Source of the DNA: Bacteroidota bacterium
GTDB lineage: Bacteria; Bacteroidota; Bacteroidia; Flavobacteriales; Weeksellaceae
Length of the DNA stretch: 64,000 nucleotides
Direction: 5' to 3'
NCBI GenBank assembly: GCA_018266955.1
Contig: JAFDZI010000014.1
Location: 662 to 64,661 of the forward strand
Part shown: piece by piece, positions 28,660 through 36,766 of the stretch
Numbering within the stretch: the first letter of the stretch is position 1
How the letters are laid out: every line of letters starts with the position of its first letter
The notes under the pieces: model-generated
What the model was told of the DNA's origin: nothing
What the model saw: only the letters and a program-made list of their open reading frames with translations
Database searches by the model: none
Program-made: the position numbers and the translations under genes

Positions 28660-30879
28660 TTAGGATCGGATGACTTTACTAATTCCTTCTACTTTTTTAA
28701 GTTGTTTAATGGTTTCTTCTAGTTGCATTTTGTTCTTCACTTCCAAATTAATGGATCCTGTGAAAATACCGTCGTTGGAGGCAATGGACATACTCTTCAT
28801 GTCTATACTCATGGCATTGGTAATTACTTGGGTTATGTCGCTTATCATACCCATTCTGTCCAGTCCTTCAATATCTATTTTAACTCTATTTTTAAAACTT
28901 TCGGCATTCACCCATTTGGCAGGAAGTACCCTATAGTCGTATTGTGCCCTTAGGTTAATGGCATTCGGACAATTGTCGTTGTGTACCTTAATACCTTCAG
29001 ATATGGTAATAAAGCCAAAAATTTTGTCCCCAGGGATTACAGTACAGCATTTAGCATAAGTGTAGTTTAGTTTTTCTTCATCTTTACCAAAGACGATCAT
29101 GTCTAAATTTTCTTTGGCTACCTCTTCGAAAACCGTATTTTTGGTTGGCGATTTTCTGATTCTAGTCCAAATATTATTCAGTACATTTTTGCTATGTTCT
29201 ACATATTTTCTAATGTCAGATGCATCCAAGCTTCCGTCTTGGAATCCCATAAATAGTTCTTGCGAGGTTTTGAATCCGAAGAACTTTTGCATTTTGTTGA
29301 TTTCCTTATCGTTGTACGATAGTTTGGCATGTCTTAATTTCCTTTGTAGAATTTCCTTGCCTTCGTTCACCAAATTGCTTTTTTCTGAATTCAAAAAGTT
29401 TTTGATACGGGCTCTGGCTTTGGAAGTGACTAAGAAATCCAACCAATCCATTTTCGGCTTTTGATTTTTAGAGGAAAGGATATCTATTTGATCGCCATTT
29501 TGTAATACATAGGAGATGGGAACTAATTTTCCATTTACCTTGGCACCCAAGCAATGCATACCCAAATCGGAATGCACCGAGAAAGCAAAATCCAATGCTG
29601 TGGAATTGGTAGGTAATATTTTTATTTCGCCTTTTGGGGTAAAGACGAAAACTTCTTTGGAATAAAGATTTAATTTAATATTATCCAATAATTCGGAAGT
29701 GGAAAGTGCTTGTTGATTTTCCAAAACTTCACGGATTTCGCTTACCCAAGATTCAAAGTTGTTATCGTCTGAATTTTGCCTGAAACCCTCTTTGTATTTA
29801 TAATGGGCTGCCACACCTTTTTCGGCAACATCGTCCATTCTTTCGGAGCGGATTTGCACTTCAATCCATCTTTTATCAGGTCCCAAAACGGTAAGGTGCA
29901 AACTTTCGTATCCTGTTGCTCGGGGTTGGGTAATCCAGTCGCGCATTCTAGATGGGTTACTGTGGTACAAATCCGTAACAATAGAATATATTTTCCAAGC
30001 GATAAATTTTTCGTTCTTAGCATCGGATTTATAAATAATTCTAATGGCGTAATTATCAAATACTTCTTCGAATGGAACTCCTTGTTTTTGCATTTTCCTG
30101 TAGATGGACGAAATTGCTTTGGCTCTTCCTTTAATAGTGAAATTTAATCCTTCCTCTTTTAGTTGTTCAGAAATTTCGTGGGTAAATTCATCTACATATC
30201 TTTGTCTTAGTTCCCGGTCGTGTTTTAATTTTTCGGTAATGTCTTTGTACACCTCTGGGTTATTGTACTTCATAGAGAGATCTTCTAACTCAGATTTAAT
30301 ATTGTACAATCCCAAACGATGTGCCAGAGGAGCATAGATGTAAACGGTTTCCGAAGCAATTTTCATCTGTTTGTCCGGTCTCATACTCTCTAGTGTCCTC
30401 ATGTTGTGCAAACGGTCTGCAATTTTAATCAAGATTACACGGAAGTCTTCGGAGAGCGTGAGTAGGAGTTTTCTATAATTCTCACTTTGTATCGAGATGT
30501 TTTGGTGGTTCATGATGGAAATCTTGGTAAGTCCCTGAACAATTTTGGCTATTTTTTCGCCAAAAATCTTTTCCAAATCTTCGTAGGTATATTCAGAATC
30601 CTCAATAACATCGTGTAATAAGCCACAGGCAATAGAAGTTGCTCCCAAACCAATTTCTTTGGCAACAATTTTGGCAACCGCAATAGGATGATAGATGTAA
30701 GGCTCACCAGTTTTCCTTCTTTGGTCTTTATGAGCATCCAATGCAATATCAAACGCTTTGCGAATAAGTTTGTTTTGCTCTTCGTCCAAAGTTCTGTAGG
30801 TGCTGGAAATCAAATCCTTATATCGTGCGAGAATTTCTTTGTTTTCTTTTTCTAAATCGTAGGCCATCTTCCGAAACAT
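28660..30879 (-). CDS. bifunctional (p)ppGpp synthetase/hydrolase (RelA/SpoT homologue)
   Basis: HD hydrolase motif (HDVIEDS), synthetase region (YESLHLTV), TGS and C-terminal ACT-like domains. Alternative start at 30867. Confidence 0.93.
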   Translation of the reverse strand: MFRKMAYDLEKENKEILARYKDLISSTYRTLDEEQNKLIRKAFDIALDAHKDQRRKTGEPYIYHPIAVAKIVAKEIGLGATSIACGLLHDVIEDSEYTYEDLEKIFGEKIAKIVQGLTKISIMNHQNISIQSENYRKLLLTLSEDFRVILIKIADRLHNMRTLESMRPDKQMKIASETVYIYAPLAHRLGLYNIKSELEDLSMKYNNPEVYKDITEKLKHDRELRQRYVDEFTHEISEQLKEEGLNFTIKGRAKAISSIYRKMQKQGVPFEEVFDNYAIRIIYKSDAKNEKFIAWKIYSIVTDLYHSNPSRMRDWITQPRATGYESLHLTVLGPDKRWIEVQIRSERMDDVAEKGVAAHYKYKEGFRQNSDDNNFESWVSEIREVLENQQALSTSELLDNIKLNLYSKEVFVFTPKGEIKILPTNSTALDFAFSVHSDLGMHCLGAKVNGKLVPISYVLQNGDQIDILSSKNQKPKMDWLDFLVTSKARARIKNFLNSEKSNLVNEGKEILQRKLRHAKLSYNDKEINKMQKFFGFKTSQELFMGFQDGSLDASDIRKYVEHSKNVLNNIWTRIRKSPTKNTVFEEVAKENLDMIVFGKDEEKLNYTYAKCCTVIPGDKIFGFITISEGIKVHNDNCPNAINLRAQYDYRVLPAKWVNAESFKNRVKIDIEGLDRMGMISDITQVITNAMSIDMKSMSIASNDGIFTGSINLEVKNKMQLEETIKQLKKVEGISKVIRS

Positions 30880-31363
30880 TTTGTATGACGAATATAAGAA
30901 AATGAATTGATTTTTCTAAGAATGTTTAAATTTTATTGCTAAAAATTTTTATAGCTATTTTGAGATGGATTTTTTGCTTCGTCTTTACAGATTTAGCGGG
31001 CTAAATCAAAAAAAGGAAGTGAAAAATAGGCTCAAAAGAGCATCAAAAGGTAGCAAAGATTATATTCAACTTCTATAAAATTAATTTCGGTAAAATTTTA
31101 AACATTCTCTAAGCAAAAGAGTATAAAATCAATAGTTAATTTTTGAAATTGTCATTAACAAGTTTTTGCAAATAATTAATAATCATCGACTCTTATTTAA
31201 AAATAAAAAAATGGAGATAAACACAGATGAAGCCTGGCGATTTTATTTGACCAATAAAAAACTGTAAAAATTTACAACTGAAAAATAATTAAAATTTGCT
31301 TAATCATATCGATAGTTTTCTGATGGTTCATTACATTTGTGCACCTAATATTAAAATTGACAC

Positions 31364-32560
31364 ATGAATAAGAAAACTTCGTTGTTGCTTTCGCTACTTA
31401 CAGTAGGGTCTATGGCCATGGCACAAGACAATTTGGTCAATAGTCTGAAAAATAATGTTTCAGAAAACCCAGATTTTAAATTTACCATTCTCAAAGAAAT
31501 TGGAAATACTTCGGTGAAAGACCAAGGTTCTTCTGGTACTTGTTGGAGTTATTCCGGAAATTCATTCCTTGAGTCTGAGATGATTAAAAACGGAAAACAA
31601 CCTGTAGATATTGCCGAAATTTTTACCGCTAGAAATGTTTATCATGACAAAGCCAAAAGATATGTATTGTTTGGTGGTGCTATCTCTTGGGGCGATGGTG
31701 GAGAGTTGCATGATGTTATCAATATGTACAAAAAATATGGTGCTGTCCCACAGGAAGTTTATACAGGATTGCCTTTTGGACAAACCAGAAATAATTTTAC
31801 AGAAATGCAAGCAGTGGTCAAAAATATGTTGGACACTTATGCTAAAAACCCTGCCAAAAAACTTTCACCTAATTGGTTGGCCAACATAGACAATGTGATG
31901 GATAGTTATTTGGGCGACTATCCTAAAGAATTTACCTACAAAGGAAAAAAATATACGCCACAATCTTTTGCTAAAGAAGTTGTCGGAATAAACCCAGAGG
32001 ATTATGTGGAACTTACCTCATACAAAGATTATCCATATTACGAAAAATTTGTAACGCCTATCCCGGACAATTGGAGCCATGATATGATGTGGAATGTACC
32101 CATGACGGATCTTACAACAATTATTGATTATGCATTGGATAAAGGATATACTGTTGGTTGGGCAACCGATGTATCCGAGCCGTATTTTTCTTATAAAAAT
32201 GGAGTTGCTTATGTTCCGGACATTAATCTGGAAGATATAGATGCAAAAACAAAAGCCGAACTTTTTAAAGGACCAAAACCTGATAAAAAAATTACTGAGG
32301 AAATGCGCCAAGATGGACTAAATGACCTTACTACTACCGATGATCATGGGATGCATATTGTAGGTTTGGCCAAAGACCAAAGTGGTAAAGAATATTATAT
32401 TGTGAAAAATTCTTGGGGCGTAACCAATGATTACAAAGGATATTTGTATGTATCTAAACCTTATGTACAATTCAAATCAACAGGTATATTACTGAACAAA
32501 AATGGTATTCCTAAAGATATTCTGAATAAATTAAAACCCAATACCAAAATAGGGTTGTAA
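31364..32560 (+). CDS. pepC: C1B-family cysteine aminopeptidase (PepC/bleomycin-hydrolase-like) with signal peptide
   Basis: QGSSGTCWSYS active-site Cys motif, DDHGMHIVG His motif, VKNSWG. Confidence 0.85.
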   Translation: MNKKTSLLLSLLTVGSMAMAQDNLVNSLKNNVSENPDFKFTILKEIGNTSVKDQGSSGTCWSYSGNSFLESEMIKNGKQPVDIAEIFTARNVYHDKAKRYVLFGGAISWGDGGELHDVINMYKKYGAVPQEVYTGLPFGQTRNNFTEMQAVVKNMLDTYAKNPAKKLSPNWLANIDNVMDSYLGDYPKEFTYKGKKYTPQSFAKEVVGINPEDYVELTSYKDYPYYEKFVTPIPDNWSHDMMWNVPMTDLTTIIDYALDKGYTVGWATDVSEPYFSYKNGVAYVPDINLEDIDAKTKAELFKGPKPDKKITEEMRQDGLNDLTTTDDHGMHIVGLAKDQSGKEYYIVKNSWGVTNDYKGYLYVSKPYVQFKSTGILLNKNGIPKDILNKLKPNTKIGL

Positions 32561-32579
32561 TTGTTTTTTAAAAATAATA

Positions 32580-32613
32580 ATCGGGTAGTAGAAAAGCTCA
32601 CCCGATTTTTTTT
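32580..32613 (+). terminator. Rho-independent terminator after pepC
   Basis: ATCGGGT / ACCCGAT stem, then T7. Confidence 0.7.
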
Positions 32614-32733
32614 CATTTGTAGCATTACATTCGACAAAAAATATTGCTTTGTAAAAGTGCAAATAGAGGAAATTTTCTAGTATTTATATTTGAATTATAC
32701 TAGAACTATAGTTAAAGTGAGTATAAATGGAAT

Positions 32734-32762
32734 AAAAAAACTCTGAACATTGTTGTTCAGAG
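32734..32762 (-). terminator. displaced native terminator of tRNA-Ala, now separated from the gene by the inserted element
   Basis: CTCTGAACA / TGTTCAGAG stem, followed on the minus strand by a T7 run. Sits 8 nt from the 15-bp copy of the tRNA 3' end. Confidence 0.65.
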
Positions 32763-32770
32763 TTTTAAAA

Positions 32771-32785
32771 GTGGAGAATACGGGA
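32771..32785. repeat. att core, distal copy (duplicate of the tRNA-Ala 3' end)
   Basis: 15/15 identity with 38409-38423. Identity stops on both sides of the 15-mer. Confidence 0.85.
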
Positions 32786-32921
32786 GTACAATAATGCAAA
32801 AATACCCTATTCTAAAAACAGCATAAATAAACGAAAACAAGTGTAAATACAATATACACAACTGTTTATAGGTGATTTGTTATTTTGTTTAGATTGATTA
32901 AAATTGAAATAGTTTTAAACT

Positions 32922-32961
32922 TACCGTACAATTACCGTACAAATTTATTATTTTTGTACAA
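32922..32961 (+). promoter_or_regulatory. candidate integrase arm-type sites (TACCGTACAA x2 at 11-bp phasing, plus GTACAA) overlapping the int promoter (-7 box TATTTTTG at 32949-32956)
   Basis: CGTACAA at 32925-32931 and 32936-32942, GTACAA at 32956-32961. The same pair with the same phasing is found at 38334-38351. Confidence 0.5.
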
Positions 32962-32972
32962 ATGATTATCAA

Positions 32973-34208
32973 ATGGCTACTATTAATTTTTTATATCGTT
33001 CGACAAAAGAAACATCAACACTTGTTTTAAGATTGTTATACAGACATAATGAAAAAGATTTTGTTCATGCTACAAAAACAAATCTACAAGTATCAAAACA
33101 TTATTGGGTAAAGGAACATAAGCAGAAACGCCCAAAAGATATCGAAATAAGCAATAGACAGCAAGAAGTAAACACGGAACTAAATAATATTAGTAACCAT
33201 ATCCTAAAGGCATTTGATGAAACTGATATTATAATGATAAATAAAGAGTGGTTACAAAATCAAACAGAACTATACTACAACCCACGACAAGAAAAAGAAA
33301 TACCTACTAATTTGATTAGTTACATAGATTTCTATTTGGAATATAGAAAACATGAGATAAAGCCTACTTCTATAAAGAAATACAATGTTATTAAACATAA
33401 ATTGGAGCGTATGCAGACCGAACGAAAAAAAACAATTTTAATATCAAACATAGATGAAAGTTTTAAAAATGAGTTTATAGCATACCAAAAGAAAAACGGA
33501 TATGCACAAAACACAATTCAAAGAGAAATAGCAATTATAAAAACTTTCTGTAAACATGCCCGATATTTAGGACTTGAAACAAGCCACCAATTAGACAAAA
33601 TAAAAGTTGATAAGGCAAAAGCAGAAAAAATCTATCTTGATTTCAAAGAATTAGATGCGATAGAAAAAACAGTATTTGAACATGACTTTTTAGAAAATGC
33701 AAGAGATTGGCTCATCATAAGTTGTTATACCGGACAAAGGGTATCAGATTTTTTACGCTTTACAAAAGACATGATAAGAACTGAAAACGGCAAACAGTTA
33801 TTGGAATTTACCCAAAAGAAAACAGATAAACTGATGACTGTACCTCTTCATAAAAAGGTACTTCAAATACTTGACAAACGAAATGGGGAATTTCCACGCC
33901 AAATTTCAGACCAACGATATAATGAATACATAAAAAAAGTTTGTGAATTATCAAAAATCAATAAAATAGTACAAGGCGGAAAACAAACCGAAACCGATAA
34001 TGGAATAAGAAAAGTCACGGGCAATTTTCAAAAATGGGAACTCGTTACATCACATATTGGCAGACGGTCATTTGCTACAAACTTTTACGGAAGTATTCCA
34101 ACTTCTTATTTGATATACATAACTGGACATAGTAGTGAAGCGATGTTTTTAAACTACATAGGAAAGAGCAATAAGGATTTAGCAATGGAAATAAGCAACT
34201 ATTTTTAA
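32973..34208 (+). CDS. int: tyrosine site-specific integrase (Bacteroidota type with N-terminal arm-binding domain)
   Basis: N-terminus MATINFLYRSTKE...LVLRLLYR is arm-DNA-binding-domain-like. Catalytic region has GQRVSDF (Arg), HIGRRSFAT (H-x-x-R) and GHSSEAMFLNYIG (Tyr nucleophile). Confidence 0.9.
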   Translation: MATINFLYRSTKETSTLVLRLLYRHNEKDFVHATKTNLQVSKHYWVKEHKQKRPKDIEISNRQQEVNTELNNISNHILKAFDETDIIMINKEWLQNQTELYYNPRQEKEIPTNLISYIDFYLEYRKHEIKPTSIKKYNVIKHKLERMQTERKKTILISNIDESFKNEFIAYQKKNGYAQNTIQREIAIIKTFCKHARYLGLETSHQLDKIKVDKAKAEKIYLDFKELDAIEKTVFEHDFLENARDWLIISCYTGQRVSDFLRFTKDMIRTENGKQLLEFTQKKTDKLMTVPLHKKVLQILDKRNGEFPRQISDQRYNEYIKKVCELSKINKIVQGGKQTETDNGIRKVTGNFQKWELVTSHIGRRSFATNFYGSIPTSYLIYITGHSSEAMFLNYIGKSNKDLAMEISNYF

Positions 34209-34219
34209 ATTTTTGATTT

Positions 34220-34966
34220 ATGAAAGATTTTGAACTATTCAGAAAGGAAAATGAAGATTTAAGTTTTGAGGAAGCAGTATTGAAGTTTATACAATTGGAA
34301 CACAAAGCCGAACCATTACGCCAAAAAATAAGAAAACCAATTGATTTAGGCAGTCATATTTTAATCCGATATAACACGGCAGAAGAATATAAAGAAGCGT
34401 TTTTTCAGGCGATAAATAAGCCTTATGCAGACATAGAAACCGTGAAGCAATCTTTTATTGATGAATACATTTACCCAGCTTTTAATCATAAACAGAGCGG
34501 TAAAATTTACAATGATATTAGAGCAGGGAAAAATATAAACAAAGAAGATTTTTCATATCAGGCGACAAAATACGCTTTATTAGAACTGATGAGGTTTGAA
34601 GGTTTTTTGAATAATAAAGAACCTCAACAGCCTGAACATAAAAAGACTGATGAGGTTAAAGAGGTTAAAAAAGAATTGCACAATCATATTTTTAAAGGTA
34701 ATGCTTTTGAAGTTTTTGAAAAGTATCATAAAAATTACAACTTAGCAGAAAACAGCAGGACGGATTTAAACTTATTATATCAATTATTCAAAAATGATAA
34801 CCTTTTTGTTGATACTGTTGAATTGAAACATTACATACAATGGTTAAATAATACTTATGGTTATAGTGTCACGGAATTAAGAAAAGTAGATATAAATTCA
34901 CGACCAAACATACAAAGAACAAACCGATATAAAGAATATAAAACCACAACCTTAAAACAACCTTAA
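34220..34966 (+). CDS. hypothetical protein (element cargo or regulator, unknown function)
   Basis: 248-aa ORF with normal codon and aa composition, 12 nt after int. No motif I can assign. Confidence 0.5.
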   Translation: MKDFELFRKENEDLSFEEAVLKFIQLEHKAEPLRQKIRKPIDLGSHILIRYNTAEEYKEAFFQAINKPYADIETVKQSFIDEYIYPAFNHKQSGKIYNDIRAGKNINKEDFSYQATKYALLELMRFEGFLNNKEPQQPEHKKTDEVKEVKKELHNHIFKGNAFEVFEKYHKNYNLAENSRTDLNLLYQLFKNDNLFVDTVELKHYIQWLNNTYGYSVTELRKVDINSRPNIQRTNRYKEYKTTTLKQP

Positions 34967-35040
34967 AATAGGTCAAATTAACCTTTTCATAGGTTAAAAC
35001 CCATTCAATCTTTGTGATATAAATTTTAATTATTACAAAG

Positions 35041-35310
35041 ATGACAAATTCAATTTTAATTCAAAATGTAAGCACCGAAGCATTAACGGCGCTAATTAAA
35101 GAAGCCGTAAAAAACGAGCTGAACAATCTACCAACTCATAATCCTGATGAGTTATTGACCCGTGAAGAAACTTGCAATTTTCTGCAAATTGATAGTTCAA
35201 CCCTTTGGCATTGGACAAACAAAGGCAAGGTAAAAGCGTATGGTATCGCCAACCGCAGGTATTATAAAAAAGCGGAATTATTAGAAGCACTTAAACCCCT
35301 AAAAAAGTAG
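35041..35310 (+). CDS. helix-turn-helix DNA-binding protein, excisionase/AlpA-like
   Basis: 89 aa. LLTREETCNFLQIDSSTLWHWTNKGKVKAYGIANRRYYKKAEL is the MerR-superfamily HTH_17/Xis pattern common next to Bacteroidota integrases. Confidence 0.7.
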   Translation: MTNSILIQNVSTEALTALIKEAVKNELNNLPTHNPDELLTREETCNFLQIDSSTLWHWTNKGKVKAYGIANRRYYKKAELLEALKPLKK

Positions 35311-35314
35311 AGCC

Positions 35315-35629
35315 ATGAGTACAAAACATACACACGACTCAAATATTCTTTTAGGTAGGAATATGAGCAAAGATACGCATTTTCAAGCACAAATGAAAAG
35401 GGTTTATTTAGCCTTATACAAGCAACCAAAAACAATGTTGATGGTTTCTGTTGAAACAGGAATTTTAAGAGCTAATATTTGCCGTTATATTGCAGAATGG
35501 AAGCGATTAAATTGTATTCATGAAGTTAAGACAGGCATTTGTCCAATTTCAAAACACCGAGCAGGGTTTTACACTACCAACCCCGAGATGTTTCCGTCTA
35601 TTGTTGAACTTTCAAAAACTGAAAAATAA
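35315..35629 (+). CDS. small hypothetical protein, possible winged-helix DNA binder
   Basis: 104 aa. Segment MLMVSVETGILRANICRYIAEWKR looks HTH-like. Its stop overlaps the start of the next gene (TAATG). Confidence 0.4.
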   Translation: MSTKHTHDSNILLGRNMSKDTHFQAQMKRVYLALYKQPKTMLMVSVETGILRANICRYIAEWKRLNCIHEVKTGICPISKHRAGFYTTNPEMFPSIVELSKTEK

Positions 35630-36657
35630 TGAGTACTATAATAAACCCCGATTTTTCAGACCTCAACAATCCTGATACAATTCTAAACCATTTTGAGGAA
35701 TTAAGGCAAGAATTTGAGCATTGGAAACAAGATAGTGATATAAATATTTTCAGTCCATTGAAGACAGCTAATAAAACAATTGAAGAAGCTAACAAAGAAC
35801 CTGACCCCGAATATTTATATCCAACTTTATTAATAGAAAACGAATTTACAATACTCTTTGCAGACACAGGGATTGGTAAAACGGTATTTGCTACCCAGAT
35901 AGGAAACTATATTGCCGAAAGAGGACGGAATGTATTATTGTTAGACCTTGAATTGTCAAAGAAACAATTTGAAAAAAGATATAAAGATGAGAATGGTAAG
36001 CTTTATAAATTTTCAGATAACTTTTTCAGAATTGATTTTGAGCGACTGAAAGAAGTTCCGAAAGACATATCTTATTTAGATTTCTTCATTAAATCATTAA
36101 CCAAAAGAATTGATGATGGTAATATTTCTGTTGTTATACTTGATAATTTGACGAAACTATCTGCAGGAAGCACAGACAATGCAAAAGACACGATACCCGT
36201 CATTGAAGCGTTGAATAAATTAAAATTTGAAAAAGACCTCACAATACTTGCACTGGAACATAATAAGAAAGTAACACCTAATAAACCAATTGAATTAAAC
36301 GATTTGCAGGGCAGTAAAATGAAGTCAAATTTGTGTGATAGTGTTTTTACGATAGGGCGACATTCGACTGATAAATATTTAAGATATATCAAACAAGTAA
36401 AGGTTAGAAGCGCAGAGCTTATTTGTGATACTGAAAATGTATTGAAGTGTGAGATACTTTCCGAAAATGGTTTTTTACACCTCAAAGAAATTGGATACGG
36501 TAGCGAATGGGATTTTATTAAAGAACCCACCGAAAACAACAAAAGCGACCTAATAATGCAAGTCAAAGAATTGAGCCAAAGCGGACATTCACAAAGGCAA
36601 ATTTCTAAAGATTTAGGCATATCGTTAGGAGCGGTAAATAAGTATTTAAAAAAGTAA
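35629..36657 (+). CDS. RecA-fold (RepA/DnaB-like) ATPase with C-terminal HTH, putative replication initiator-helicase
   Basis: Walker A ADTGIGKTVFATQ, Walker B VVILDNLTKL. C-terminal SQSGHSQRQISKDLGISLGAVNKYLKK is a resolvase/sigma-r4-like HTH. Confidence 0.7.
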   Translation: MSTIINPDFSDLNNPDTILNHFEELRQEFEHWKQDSDINIFSPLKTANKTIEEANKEPDPEYLYPTLLIENEFTILFADTGIGKTVFATQIGNYIAERGRNVLLLDLELSKKQFEKRYKDENGKLYKFSDNFFRIDFERLKEVPKDISYLDFFIKSLTKRIDDGNISVVILDNLTKLSAGSTDNAKDTIPVIEALNKLKFEKDLTILALEHNKKVTPNKPIELNDLQGSKMKSNLCDSVFTIGRHSTDKYLRYIKQVKVRSAELICDTENVLKCEILSENGFLHLKEIGYGSEWDFIKEPTENNKSDLIMQVKELSQSGHSQRQISKDLGISLGAVNKYLKK

Positions 36658-36663
36658 AAAAGC

Positions 36664-36766
36664 GTTCACACCGTTCACGATGTTCACGATATTTAAACCG
36701 TGAACACCGTGAACACCATGAACACCATGAACATCATGAACAGAAAAAAAAATGAACATGGAACAC
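36664..36766. repeat. iteron array, putative element origin of replication
   Basis: Three 9-bp units containing GTTCAC (36664-36690), a 10-nt AT-rich spacer, then five units NNNRTGAAC in the opposite orientation (36701-36743), A8, and two more TGAACA/GGAACA copies at the primase start. Confidence 0.7.

Noticed and set aside
30916-31112. MITE-like imperfect inverted repeat (CTAAGAATGTTTAAATTTTA ... TAAAATTTTAAACATTCTCTAAG) in the relA-pepC spacer
   Set aside because: It is imperfect, very AT-rich and short enough to arise by chance in this composition. There is no target-site duplication or second copy in the window.
36072-36620. 182-aa ORF antisense to the element's ATPase gene
   Set aside because: Ser/Leu/Cys-rich composition typical of antisense frames in AT-rich genes. 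The sense frame carries clear Walker motifs.
36664-36743. Possible CRISPR array
   Set aside because: The repeat unit is only 9 bp, there are no spacers, the two blocks are inverted, and there are no cas genes. Iterons fit better.
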